DNA of 64,000 bases. It comes from Epiperipatus broadwayi. Its lineage: Eukaryota > Animalia > Onychophora. The translations under genes were made by a program, and so were the position numbers. Of the stretch, positions 1-12,420 are shown piece by piece; the stretch's first letter is position 1; each line of letters begins with the position of its first letter. Location: contig JAQFVV010000004.1 in the NCBI GenBank assembly GCA_028023455.1, forward strand, positions 15,128,001-15,192,000, read 5' to 3'. The notes beneath the pieces were generated by a model. That model was not told the DNA's origin and did no database searches. It saw nothing but the letters and a program-made list of their open reading frames with translations.

Positions 1-1246
1 CACAAAATCAAAATCCTAAAATTACTTTAAAAAAAAATCTATAACATAATTAAATATTATCATCAGACACAGCCACTTTAATACATAAAGTACCTTCATT
101 ACTGTCTTTTCTTTATAAGCAATATTCAGAAATTATTTCAATAAACAATACAGAGTCCATGTAAACACATTTTTATTTGCATAAACATAGTAATAGTCTC
201 AAAATATACCCAAAACTAAATTAGCACAACACAATTTCTATTGTGTTATATTTAAAATAATTTATAAAACTGATGAAAGCTAACAGCACTATCACATTAA
301 AATACAGTGCTAATTCTACAATATATAAACTAATCTTCAAATAGCCCACTATTAGGCATAGGTTTCAATCAGAAGAGAAGACATTACTTAATCACAAATA
401 ACTTTGACAATTCTGAATGATTAAGGTTTTTAGACATTTTCCATCTTTGTTTTACTCTTTCGATAAGAATTACTACATATTCATTTTCTGACCAATAACT
501 AGATAGTTAGCTAGCTTAACAATGGATAAGCTACATGGAATAAAAAGCTAAGTTTGATTAATTTTAAAAAAATGTTCCCAAATGGAAGAGGAATATGAGT
601 CTCTTCTAACCATCAAGGCAAACATTCTTTTTAATACATTAAAAAAATTTTCTTATTACTTATGATGGCAAAAACTTGTCTTGTATTTTTCTTTTAAATT
701 AAGTTATATATGAAATAAAAAAAGTCCAGCTAGAAAAATAATCTATTTATAACCAGAATAAAAAAAAGACTGAAAGATAAGCATTTATAAAACTCCAGTT
801 TGGTCTTCTATTTTTTTTTTTAATAATATCAGTAGTTAAAAAACAATTAGTAATAGCATAAAAATTCATATAAACATTTGAGATCTTAAAGCTTTAGCCT
901 TTATTATACTAAAAGTATTTTTAAATAAAACACTTATTAAGAGCTATAAAATACTTTCATTTTTATATTATTGCATTTGTAATTTTATTTTTCAAAAACA
1001 CTGGCTGCTTATTAAAATAGTCTCATGTTACTTATGCGTAAAAACATAAAATATTTTTTAAAGATTGCATTTCTAGGTATGTGGAACTGGAAAGTGTCTC
1101 AAAATCAGTTTTAATGATAAGATGTAATGTAGAATTCATATTAACTACAAAACCACTGATCACACAAATACTACTTAAATTCTAATGAAAAATTAAAAAG
1201 CAAAATTTTTATCATAACCTATTAAGACTTAATACCTAACATTAAC

Positions 1247-1285
1247 TTGATAATGACTACAGAATGTAGTTGAAACGTTGTATTG
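1247..1285 (+). ncRNA. Decayed minimal hammerhead ribozyme relic just upstream of the Penelope ORF
   Basis: TTGATAA-t-GACTAC-agaat-GTAGTT-GAAA-CGTT. This is CTGATGA...GAAACGTC with three transition changes and a 6-bp stem II (one G.T). Stem I is poor. Confidence 0.45.
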
Positions 1286-1977
1286 GAAGGAGAAAGAAAA
1301 TTATAGTTGGAATAAAAACAAGTTTTAAAAAGAAAAGGAATGTTGAATTTATATATTTATTATCACGGAGCTATAATTTAAAAAGAAAAAGAAGTGAAAA
1401 GATGTGTATATAATTATAAATATACCTTTTGTGATATTCTATACCAAAATTGTCCTGTTTTTTCCAGCTACCAGCAATTCAAACAAAATTTAAAATATTT
1501 ATATTTACTTAATACCAGAATATACAATTTTAAAAATAGACATTCAATAAGCTGTAAATTAGGACAACACATTGCACCATTTGATATTGAGAAAATGTAC
1601 AAAAGAGTACCTAGAAAGGATAGTATAGAAATAGTTATGATTAAATTGAAAATATGTAATGTTTTGTCAGATGATTGGATATATATTATTTATGAAACAT
1701 TATTAATGGTAGATGAGGCTTTGTATTTTAAATATAAGGAATAATTTTGGAGTATACAAAAGGGATGGGTTATGGGGTGTTCAATAAGTATATTATCATG
1801 AGTAATTGGTAAGTAGTATAGAGGAGGGTATAGTGGATAAGTTTATAGGAAATAAAGGAAATATAGAATATTATAGGTATGTGGATGACATTATTGTTAT
1901 TGGAAAAAGTAGAAGTACTGATAAGATTTTTAATGAATTGAATAATAAATATAAAATTAGGTTTACAGTGGAGAAAG

Positions 1978-3500
1978 GGTACTTGCCTATTAGCAGCTGT
2001 ACATCGTTTGATGGTGCTGTTTCTGTGCAAAAATACAGAAATATGAGTTTATGCAGTCGAAACTATGCCTATTACAACATTGCCTTTGTAATAGCAGTTT
2101 TGGGCTACGCGATGGTGTTATTCTCTATGCAAAAACACAGAAATCGTAAGACTAGCTATGTGTGGCCAGCTTTATCCATATGTTCAATAATGATAGTTCG
2201 CCACCGTTTGATATGAGGGTGTCTGTTGTTCAATTTCACACAAGTGTTGAAATCTCTTCAAAATCATTGTCTCGCACACCAACTGTAGTAGTATTGTGTA
2301 GTAATAATTATCACCATCAGCGTGCTTCCCTATGCATCTTGGAAACTGCTAGAAATTTGGAAAAGCTTTTTTCAGAGCACGCCAAATTTAAAGTTCTCGA
2401 TGAGATGGCTATACACAACCAAGTTTCAAAAGATATTTTGGGTCTTATGCAGTATTATTATTCTTTTGTATTTGGTTCCACTTACAAGTGACATTTTTTT
2501 TTTTGTTATTGTTTGAAAATAAAAAGTTGTTGTTATTGATGGAATCGATGCTTGTTGTTGTGATTTATTTGAAACCCAATCAATCCAAAGAGATTTTTTT
2601 TGGCATTTGTATTACAGATTTAAAAACCAAGTCGGCTGATAAAACATCAAAACATCGGCTAATGAATTTTTTTGATTTGGGTTGTTTTTTTAATTTTGTT
2701 TAAACGTTTAATTTACTATTACAAGAAGAACATCAATTTGGAAATAAAAAAGTGTTTGGGTTTTGTTTTTGACTTTTCATCGGCAGCAGTGTAAAAAACA
2801 AAGTCGGCTGATTACTGTTTTCATGAAGTGTTGTTTTCGAATTTGTTTTAAATGAAGAATGTTAGTATTAGAAGAATAACATAAATTTGGCAATCCAAGG
2901 AAAACTGGGTGTGTTCTTTTGGGTTTGATTCCTTTTTTAATGAAGTGTTTTGGGTTGCTTTTTTATTTTTGTTTAAATGTTTAATATTAGAAGAATAACG
3001 TCAATTTGGAAATCCAAAGGAAAACAGTTTTGTTTTGGATTTGATTACTTTTTTCATGAAGTATTTTGGATTGTTTTTTAAATTGTTTCAAGATTTTAAT
3101 TTACTATTAGAAGAATAGCATAAATGGGGGAGTCGATTCCTTTTGTAATGAAGTGTTTCAGCTTGTTTTTTTTTTTAATTTTGGTTGAAACGTTTAATTT
3201 ACTATTAGAAGAATAACGTGAATTTGGAAATAAAAATACAATTTGGGGGGATGGGTATTTTACCTTTTGATTAAACGTTTAATTTAGTATTATAAGAATA
3301 ACATTATTCTTGTACTAGTAAATACAATGTTTTAACAAAATTAAAAAAAAAAAAAAACAACACAAAAAACGTTTTTTAATTTAGAATGATAACAATAACA
3401 AAGTAACAAAAAAAAGGCAGGCCCGGAAACATTATATTAATAGGTTTTTGAAGAGAAACAGCGCCATCAAGCGATGTACAGCTGCTAATAGACAAGTACC
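1978..3500. mobile_element. Non-autonomous DNA transposon with 47-bp TIRs, Merlin-like termini
   Basis: TIRs 1978-2024 and 3454-3500 (GGTACTTGYCTATTAGCAGCTGTACATCG..., 3 mismatches). Terminus GGTAC fits the Merlin GGNRM consensus. The candidate 8-bp TSD GGAGAAAG/GGAGGAGA is only 5/8 identical. No transposase recognised. Confidence 0.75.
2690..3310 (+). repeat. Degenerate ~100-140 bp tandem units inside the TIR element
   Basis: Recurring AAACGTTTAATTTACTATTAGAAGAATAAC(R)TCAATTTGGAAAT near 2703, 2850, 2975, 3095, 3188 and 3273. Confidence 0.75.
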
Positions 3501-5244
3501 GGAGGAGATAAATGGATTAGATATTTTTGTGAAGAGAGGAATGATGAATGAAATAGTGGTAAGGCATTATACTAAAGATAGAAAAATTTGAGTTTTAATT
3601 GATCCAGTCTTATCAGCCATGGTGTGAAAAAGTAGGGGTTTTAAAGGAACTTAAGTTAAAGAATGATAAACTTACATTAGATAAGAAAGAGGCATATGAG
3701 AAAAAATTAGAAGAGAGTGATTATGTTAAAATAGAATAGAAAAGAAAGGTAATTAAAACTATTTTTAGAAATCAAAATACAAATAGTAGAAATAAGTATG
3801 ATAAGAATAAATATAAGTGGCTATCTACCCCATTTGTATAAAAAGTTAGTTAAAAGAGAAGTTACCACGTAATGTAAGAATAGCTTGGGAAAATAATAAG
3901 TCTTTGGGTAGATGATTATGCAATACAAATAGGATAGATGGTACTAATAGTAAGAGAGGAATGGTTTATAAAATTGAATGGAAGTTGTAATAAGGTATAC
4001 ATAGGACAGGGAGGACAAATGATAAGTAAGAGGAAAGTAACATGATACAGCGATTAATAGGAGAGATATAAGGTCGGGACCATATATACATTATTTAGAT
4101 ACTGGTCATAAAATGGGGTATGAGAAGAATCAAAAAAGGATACGTTATGAAACTTTATATATTCAGAAAAATTTGGATAAATATGTAAATATAGTTAAAG
4201 ATCCAGCAAAATTAGGTGGGAAATGGGCATTATTAGATAATTGGAAGATTTAAAAATTATGGTAAAAAATCATGGTAGAATTGTGAATGAGGGATTATAA
4301 AAGGGGAGGGGAAGTAGAATATTTATTTATATAGGTATAAAAATATATCTATTTATATAGTTTTAAAATTATTATTATTTTTACGTATTTTTTATGTTTT
4401 TTTATTTTATATCATTTATTTATATGTATAATGCTAATTATATTGTTGAAGATAAAATAATGTCTAATAGGTGGAGTATAAACTACTTGAAAAGGTCTGT
4501 TTGATAATTAAATAATTGTAAATATAATTTGTTGTTTATTTCAATTTTATTTAGATTGATTATTATATTAAGTATATATCAATAACAACATTGTGGACAA
4601 ATAAATATTTTCATATTGGATAATTGACCTTTGTATATAAGACAATACAACACTTATAGTGCCAATTTAATAAAAAAACATCTGTTCACAAGCAACAATC
4701 TCACTAATCAAACCTTACCATGACTATATATATGTGTGTTAAATAGAATAAAGCATCAGTTTTTACTATTTTTTAAAAATATTCCTTACTAACCACTTCA
4801 ATTTTCTAATAAATCTATGTTATTATATTTTAATTAATCATAGCAATTACACAATGCCAGACTGAGTATTTCTTATTTCCAGTTTGTTTTTGGATGAATA
4901 CTTTATGTACTAGAGGTGTAATCTAGACTAATTAAATGCACATTAGTCAAAAATTTGGGGTGTTTTTTTCTATATACATTTTCTTTATTTGTAATTTTTC
5001 ATCATGTATATTAATATTGAAATTTTTTTTTTTTTTGATCAAGAAAAAATTGTGAAGGTACTGAATTTATAGCATGTATTTTAAAAGTTTAAAATTAGAA
5101 AATAAATTATTAGCAACAATGATGATTTCTTACTTTGACACTCCATTGTACCAAACAATGAATGATATAAATAAGTAAATTAAATTTTGCTATTAATTAC
5201 CATATCATTTTGTAAAACATTATGATATAAGAATAAGTCCTTAC

Positions 5245-5314
5245 CTTGTTCAATAGGACACATTAAATGAATAGATTCAACAAGACTAGCTGACACATTC
5301 TGAGAATCTGTCAT
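5245..5314 (-). CDS. First coding segment of an unidentified divergent gene (MTDSQNVSASLVESIHLMCPIEQG...), in 80-nt exon 5245-5324
   Basis: Minus strand: acceptor TTTATTGTTTAG|G at 5324 and donor CAAG|GTAAGG at 5245. Only one of three frames is open across the exon. ATG at 5314; if spliced to the 9055 donor, an in-frame stop lies upstream. No family recognised. Confidence 0.55.
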
Positions 5315-6059
5315 TCCTAAATGCCTAAACAATAAAATTTTAGAATCAAATTTTATGATTAACATAAGAAATATCTTTTTCATTATTAAGTTGATATTAG
5401 AAAGTACACATTTAATTTAATTAACACACACTCAAATATATGTAAACACACAAAAATATGTAAAAAAAAATTTAATTAATGAAATTATAAACAAGTGTGG
5501 AACTTTCAAGAAATAAATTATTAATCAATCAAACTAATGTAAAAAAAGTGACAACTACTTCGTCACACATCTGGGAATCCCATCAAATATTCCGGGAGAT
5601 ACTCTGAATAGTCATACATTTCTATTTAAATACTATATATCCCCATGTTTTTGTATATTGTGTGGGCTTATGAACTATCTCCAAAAAAAAAAAACCAGTT
5701 GGATGAAGTGGGAAGCTTTCCAATTGCAAGACAAAGTGCATATAATGTTGAGATCGTATTTTTTTTTTATCAATTAGTACAGGGAATAGTATTATGAAAT
5801 TTCATCTATAATTTTCATATTTTTAATGTTATTAAATTAATTCAATCACATTAGTATAATTAGGAAATGTATAGAAGTTGTTTGCAAATAGGCTATAAGC
5901 AAAATTGCTTAAACAAAACTTTTCAATGTATTCAAACAAACTTACTCAAACCTTTAATATTTCCCACATTAATAATAATAGATTTTCCAAATAATATATT
6001 CTTAGCATTTGTAAACTATGTGCTAAACTCTTGCATAAATTATTGTCACCAAAGAAATA

Positions 6060-6199
6060 AAATTTTGAGATGGATGGATGAAATAAGAAAGTGTGCAGGA
6101 GTGATGTGGAAAAGAGAAATTAAAGATAGGAAAAGATGGATTGAACTTGGAGAGACCTTCATCCTGCAGTGGATTGATAATGGTTGATGATGATGATGA
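6060..6199 (+). mobile_element. 3' end of an RTE-type LINE
   Basis: RWMDEIRKCAGVMWKREIKDRKRWIELGETFILQWIDNG* followed by a (TGA)n tail. Confidence 0.75.
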
Positions 6200-7052
6200 T
6201 TCTATACTGTTATGTATATATAGTTAACTCCATAAAAAGATCTTGATTAATCTAAAAAAATGATATGATAAAGTAAATTAGATCATTATGTTCAATATTT
6301 TATAAAAGTTATAAATCGAGAGATCGTTTTGAATTTTTTAAGTAATATTTTCCATATTCATTTACGTTCTTTGATCTTAAAATTGATCCCACAAAAATTT
6401 ATTTTCCCATGACTCCATCATTTTATTGCATCTATCATTGACAAATCAGTCTCCACACAATATTTTCCCACATTTTTTTCATTTTATTAAAAAAAAAAAA
6501 AGTCTATCATATTTTTATTTCGCTGCCCTGTACTTAATAATAAAAATAAGATACTTGTTTTAATTTAATAAAAACTGCAACTCTATCAAGTTTTTACTGG
6601 ATTCTTTGTTGAATGATGCACAAAATTAAATCTCAACAACATCTATGCATCATTAACAATTTTAAAGTCAGTCACTGACTTTTTCATCACAATGTTCATC
6701 TTTTTTTTTGTATTGAATTTCATCTTTTCATTCAATTCTTTAACTTTCCTAATGAGAAATTTGAGATCTACAATTTCATTTACAAGTTAGTGTTATCAGC
6801 AATCTATCCTTAATTCATAATAATCTGTAAATGGAAGTGTAACTAAATCACAGTTTCACCTTTTCACTATAATTAAATATAATATATAAAAATAATAATC
6901 TAGTAGTCAAAACTTTAGTGCATTTAAAATTAATGCAATAGTTTGAATACCATATTAAGTGGAAAAATCATAGCTAATTGAGTAGTTAAAATCAATGCAT
7001 TCTATAAATTTATTCTATAAGAATGGCTTTTTTTTTACAGATTAAAATCTTT

Positions 7053-7858
7053 TTTTTCTTCATACCTCTATGCCACCTACTGTAAGCTTTAGTAACTAAT
7101 AGATGCCGGATGATAGTGCTTAATAAATCCCTATTCAATGCTATCCTATTTAATAACTTCAGATTACTATCAAGCTCATGGCTTTCATTAATGAGTAGAT
7201 TTGGATCATAGAACAGGGCACTTGGAATTTTAGAATCTAATTCATCTCCCTTTTAGCGGCCATTATTAACCTCTCTTTTAAATTATCAAGCTATCAGTCC
7301 AAACTGAAAGATATTCTTTCAATCTAGGCCAAACTTGCTTGAATAGTCATATATAACTAAAACCAGTTCAGTATCTATATACGATGTCATTAGTTTCTTA
7401 ACAACTAGTCACCTTTATCCTGTGGCCAGTATTGGCATAAAACCAATAAAATATGACTATCAAATGATTTTAGCTTACTCATCATTCTTTCAGCAGTTAA
7501 TTTTTTCTTAGCATCATATGCTAATAGATGTCAGATGCTAAGTGGTTTAGATTGAAAACATTTATATGCTTTTCAGTTTGGGCTGATAGCTTGATAATTA
7601 AAATGAGAAGTAAATGATAGTCGCTAGAAGGTAGATGCATTAGATCTTAAAAAGTTCAACTGAATTGTTCCAAGATCCAAAGCTTCTTGTTGGTGAAAAC
7701 TATAAGTTTGAATCTGATCAGGGGATATTGAAAGAAAAAGCACTGGATAATAGATTTATTAAAGCATTACCACCTGAAGTCAGTTAATTATTGGGGGCAT
7801 AGAAGTGAGAAAAAAAAATGTTGCTAAAACAGCAATTAATAAGCAGAAATCATGTGAT
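7053..7858. mobile_element. Old, diverged fold-back copy of the H1 hammerhead family
   Basis: Inverted arms (e.g. AATTATCAAGCTATCAGTCCAAACTGAAAG near 7281 vs its complement near 7570). Alignable to H1 (GATGCC...ATCCCTAT...TTGGATC). Decayed HHR near 7673-7732, tail ATCATGTGAT at 7849, perfect 14-bp TSD AGATTAAAATCTTT (7039-7052, 7859-7872). Confidence 0.75.
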
Positions 7859-8959
7859 AGATTAAAATCTTTCAATGAAAATATAAAAATTTAGTAACAA
7901 GCTCACATCAATATAAATTAAACAATTATCATATTAGTAATAACTAAATAAACCAACAAATTATGACATAACTTTTTCTGCTTACATTTAATATCTGCTT
8001 TTAAAAGCAGTAACACTTTATTTAGTCAGAGTCATCTATTAAAAGCTTAAGAAATCAAAGCCTACTAGATAGTAGTGCTGTGTGTGCGTCCACAGATCCG
8101 ACTGGTAGCTGTCTTCAATAATAAACAGAATTACACTGGCCACCACTATCTTCTATCTTATCAGAACCTAATAACCGAAATAAAAAAATACCCCATTGTT
8201 TTTAATTTAAGCCAATTTTCTTTAAGTTGTATACATTAATATTTGTAATGGCTATTTTTTTTCAACACAAAAAATTTCACTTGCAAATGTTTTCCATATG
8301 CTCTTTTTTTTTTTAGAATATTTACTTTAGAAATGAATTGTAAGAAAATATTAGTAGCAATGCATTATAATTAGAATATCCTAATGTTTTCACAGAAGAA
8401 AATAATCGAAAATTGGGGGGGGAATGTATGTATAGAAGTCATCCAATTCTCATTTAAAGATAGTAAGCATAACGAACAATTTAAAAATAATATTAACGAT
8501 CTGGAAGCATATTACAATAGCATATATATATATTTTTCAAAACTATTCCTATTTTTCTACATACCAGTTTATTACTGTAATGACTATATCACATTATTTT
8601 CTAATAAAAAATTGAATTGTTACGAAATATCTATTTTAGTTTGCCTATCAATAAAGATTTTTTTTAAACCAAGAAATATGCACGCATATAATTACATATT
8701 TAAATAACAAGTATGACGAAAATAAACGTTATTTTAAAAATCATTTAAACATACTTCAATGTTGCGCTAAGCCTTCCGAAGAATTGGAGACAAAAATTAT
8801 ATATATATTAAGTCGATTGGAAACCCAAATTGTTTCCATTTTTTTGTTTACATTGAAGTTTATGTAACACGTGGAATTTAAAGACCGCTTGTCGTTAGAT
8901 AACTTACATTTAGAAGATATGATTAGTCTTCAAACCATCAGAAAGGCAATGGGAAGTAA

Positions 8960-9215
8960 GACAATGGCGATATATATAGTAGAAACATTTTCAAGCTAAT
9001 ATTCTGAACGATTTTATCCATGGTCAGCGAAGAAACGTACAAACGTCGTCTTACCTTCCAGAGATGAGATTTTGGCTCAAGTTTGGCGCGTGAAGAAGTA
9101 AAAATCACGTCGGGGGTCTCGGTGCCGCGATAATGGCGTCGTTTCTCGTCCGACTTCGAGAGGAATTGCATTGCGCAGACTCCGGAACTCATCCGGTTAG
9201 CTGAATTTGCATAAT
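8960..9215. promoter_or_regulatory. CpG island / candidate bidirectional promoter
   Basis: Dense CpG cluster in a CpG-poor window. Motif-like words: AATGGCG (YY1-like, 9132), TGCGCA (NRF1-like, 9172), CCGGAA (ETS-like, 9182), ATTTGCAT octamer (9205-9212). Lies between divergent first exons. Confidence 0.7.
9055..9200 (-). other. Probable 5' UTR first exon of the divergent gene (upstream boundary/TSS unknown)
   Basis: Strong donor TGGAAG|GTAAGA on - at 9055, inside the CpG island. Confidence 0.55.
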
Positions 9216-9533
9216 CTTAAAAGGAAAAAAAAGATAATTAATAAAATAAAGCTGTGTATTCAAAATTGTGAGAATGTTCTTAAACTTAACATTTTTTAAA
9301 CTGATGGATAAAATTAAAAAATTGTTTAATTAATAGTTAAATGTTTGTATGATTTTTTTTTTTATAAATCATAAAAAAATTCATTCTACTTTTGAATGGC
9401 ACTAGAGGACACTATTGGTCTGGCATGTTGACTGGTAAATTGTACTATGATAGATTTCACCTACTAAGCTTGCCCTAATAATATGATAATTTAAATTATT
9501 TATTACAAATTTTATAATATTTATTTTTTACAA

Positions 9534-9715
9534 ATGATTACGCATATACTACCAAGTGTGTTCATTATTTTTTTATATAATGCCGAAGCTCAATTGTCCG
9601 ATAAACAAACCATATCGGCAACAAAGTCTCTCATCTACGGCCCTGGATTAGATGCTCGTATAGTATTGCCTGCGCGATATTTCTTCTTTCAGGCTGTAGA
9701 CCATAATGGTTCAAA
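9534..9715 (+). CDS. POGLUT2: POGLUT2/3 (KDELC-type) protein O-glucosyltransferase, exon 1 (signal peptide + start of filamin-like domain)
   Basis: MITHILPSVFIIFLYNAEA signal peptide, then KSLIYGPGLDARIVLPARYFFFQAVD, which matches my recall of human KDELC1 [26 protein letters not shown]. Donor AA|GTAAGA, phase 2. Confidence 0.93.
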
Positions 9716-11339
9716 GTAAGAAGAAACATTTATATTTAAGTATTGTAAAATATTTAATATATGCGGCGGTAGATTTCTAGTGATTTGCCGTGATTTAATT
9801 ATAATAATAGAAACAATTAACTTTAATTAATTGAGTAAAAAAAAATGCTTAACAAAAAATCCATGATTTCCTACTTTTTAGTGTTTCAATAACCTAAATA
9901 CTTTCATAAAGGGAAATAAAATTGTAATTTGTGATTTTTTTTTCCTCTTAAAAAAAAAGGGGGGGGGGGGTACTTATATATAAACTTTTTAGCCAATATA
10001 AATACTAATTCATTTAATTTAAAAATTCGTGGTAAGTTGCTTCTACGTTAAATTACTAGGGGGGGAGTGAATAGACATCGTAATCTTTTAGAAACATTAT
10101 CAGTCATGTGAAAATCTACCTCCCCTCAATCTTTCTCCAGACTGGCGATAAATATTTAAAAGAAAAAATATTACACCCCCAGCTTTTATATATTGCTGTA
10201 TTAACAAATTTACAAAGTTTTACTTGTTTATTTTGCAAATTAAAATATCTGAAAATATTAATTGTGGCATTTAGTTGAACAGTAAAAAACTAATTTTGAA
10301 TAAAATAAATTGTAATATACTATCTCTATGTATATATCATTAGAATTGATTAATAGAAATGCTAGAGGGTGACTGTAATTCATGTGTTTATCTATATTCG
10401 TATTAAATGTTATCAGCAATTTTCACAGCTGGTTTAAACATAGAGGAAATAATAATAATGTATATACTTCACTATTAGCAGTATAACAAATACCAAATGA
10501 TATTGTGCCTTCATTGATGTGATGTTAGAAAGCACATTAAAGTGCAATGGGATATTACAATTCCATGATAATACGAGATCATCATCATCAATGATGGTTT
10601 ATCATTGATAGTTTTTGCATTTAGCTCTATATCACAAACTTTTTATCTCTGATGTTCCAATGTTAACTAATCAAGAATGGACCAATTACCCATCAGTGCT
10701 ATACCTAAAGCCAAAAATTTATATCTATTCATGTTTATTTCAAATAACTATGAAAAAAATTCCATTATCAGTTTCTAATGACTTAATATCAGGTATTAAT
10801 AGTTCACTCAGAACAACGACCTATCAGCAAATGTTTATTAATTAACATAAATGATCCAATAAATTTTACCTAATTTCAAATTTGATCTTTTTTTAAAGAC
10901 GTTTTTATCTTTTGGTGTTAATCAAGCTTTATTTTCTTATTATAGACATTATTTAGTTATTGAATTATTATTTTTTAAACAACTTAAGGTAATCTATGGA
11001 GATTCCAAAACAGGAGATAGCTTCACCAGTGACTTTATCATGTTCTAGAATTTTTGGCACAATAGCATAAATTCAATGGAGATTAAGTATATGGTTTATA
11101 GTTTGTGTTGTTCATATCTATACAAATCAGTTGCTGTTAAATTCTATATATGAGCAGATGAGCATCGCAGCCATAGATTGTTCTGAATCTTTTGATAAGA
11201 TTGCTGTTTTAATGCTAGATCCTACATTTTTCCAATTATAAATTCTTAACTTCAATATCCAAAAATGGAATGTTGATTATAGATGGAATTGGTAAGTCCA
11301 ATCTACTTAACAATTTTTAATGTGTTGCAGTGCACTATG

Positions 11340-12420
11340 GCTCCTCTTTTATCGAAGTCAGGAATCTCTCTGTCACTATGCCCAGAGAAAATGTTAGCCA
11401 TCTTATCTTCTCTTTTCATTCTCCACCTTAAGTTTTCCCCAAATTCTCTATCTTGCTTCATCCCACTTCCACTACATCATCTTTATCCTCTCTATGGCCT
11501 TTTTATGTAGATCCCCCTTATCTTTTTCCAAATCCAGCATAAAAACCAAGAACTCTTTGTATAATTACTTTGTTTATATTTATTCTTCCACAACTTCATT
11601 ATTTGTACCCTTTCTGCTTGTAAGCATTTATATTCACCTAACAGATGCTTAATATTTTCCATGCCTTCCTTACATAACTTGCAGACTAAATCATCCTCAT
11701 TCCTCCATTTATGTGTATATACTGCTAATGGTCCTGTTTGAGCCTTAAACAGTAAACTATTGTCCTTGCTATTATCATAAACTAGCTCTTAACCAATATT
11801 CTGTTTACTTCTATATATATTTAAACTCTTTTTACTTTCATATTAGTTTTCTATCTCTCCAATTCCCTATTTTTTATTAGTGCATCTCTTCTTCTATCCC
11901 ATTCTTTGCACTCAACAATTCGCCTTAAACAATCATCCCATCATTTGTATACGTATACTGACGTAAAGTCTTTATCCAAATCTGCATACCATACTACCTC
12001 TCTCACCCATCTTGTTGCCTGTTCTTTACTCATAACCCAATTAAATATCATTTTGGCTATTCTCTTACTGTCCATAAATTGCAATCTACTAAACATTTTC
12101 ATTTTGCTTTTTTCATGTCTCATATAAAAACTTAACCATCCCATTTCTCCTTAAATTGCCTCCTTTGCTTCCACACATCTGCATCGAATGCATGTCTTCC
12201 TACTTCTCTTTGTATTTTTTTTTAAGTAATTAACACCTCTTTACTAACACAATGCATCATTACCATAAGTTAATCTTGCTACTGCCACTCCATTCCATAC
12301 AATTATGGCTTCATCATATTTATTATAAGAGAACACTTAATTTCTTTATCAGTCCATTTCTTTTCTTTGCTTTATTTATCAATTTTTTCTTCCATTTATC
12401 CAAGCAATTTCTCTACTTAA
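11340..12420 (-). mobile_element. Decayed non-LTR retrotransposon 3' part (RT C-terminus + CCHC-like motif)
   Basis: Minus-strand remnants MGWLSFYMRH...RLQFMDSKRIAKMIF...TRWVREV, KKSLNIYRK and LLFKAQTGPL...VCKLCKEGMENIKHLL. The 3' end is homologous to 51960-52150. Confidence 0.7.

Larger units (their letters stand above)
1394..4250 (+). mobile_element. Degenerate Penelope-like retroelement (RT + GIY-YIG endonuclease), split by a TIR insertion at 1978-3500
   Basis: Translated remnants: FDIEKMYKRVP (RT motif A-like), GWVMGCSIS (motif B-like), YYRYVDDII (1878-1889), RFTVEK before the insertion and NGLEYF after it. MVYKIE/CNKVYIGQ at 3961-4010 is GIY-YIG-like. Many stops and frameshifts. Confidence 0.85.

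Noticed and set aside
4440-4505. Hammerhead at the 3' end of the first Penelope relic (...GAAAAGGTC)
   Set aside because: No usable CTGANGA core at the right distance and no stem I.
5245-5324. Naming the divergent gene BIVM
   Set aside because: Support is limited to the human gene arrangement and a three-residue resemblance; no diagnostic BIVM sequence is in the window.
8938-9192. 84-aa ORF MSSGVCAMQF... as a protein-coding gene
   Set aside because: It runs through a strong splice donor at 9055, has no recognisable domain, and is better explained as a 5' UTR exon in a GC-rich island.
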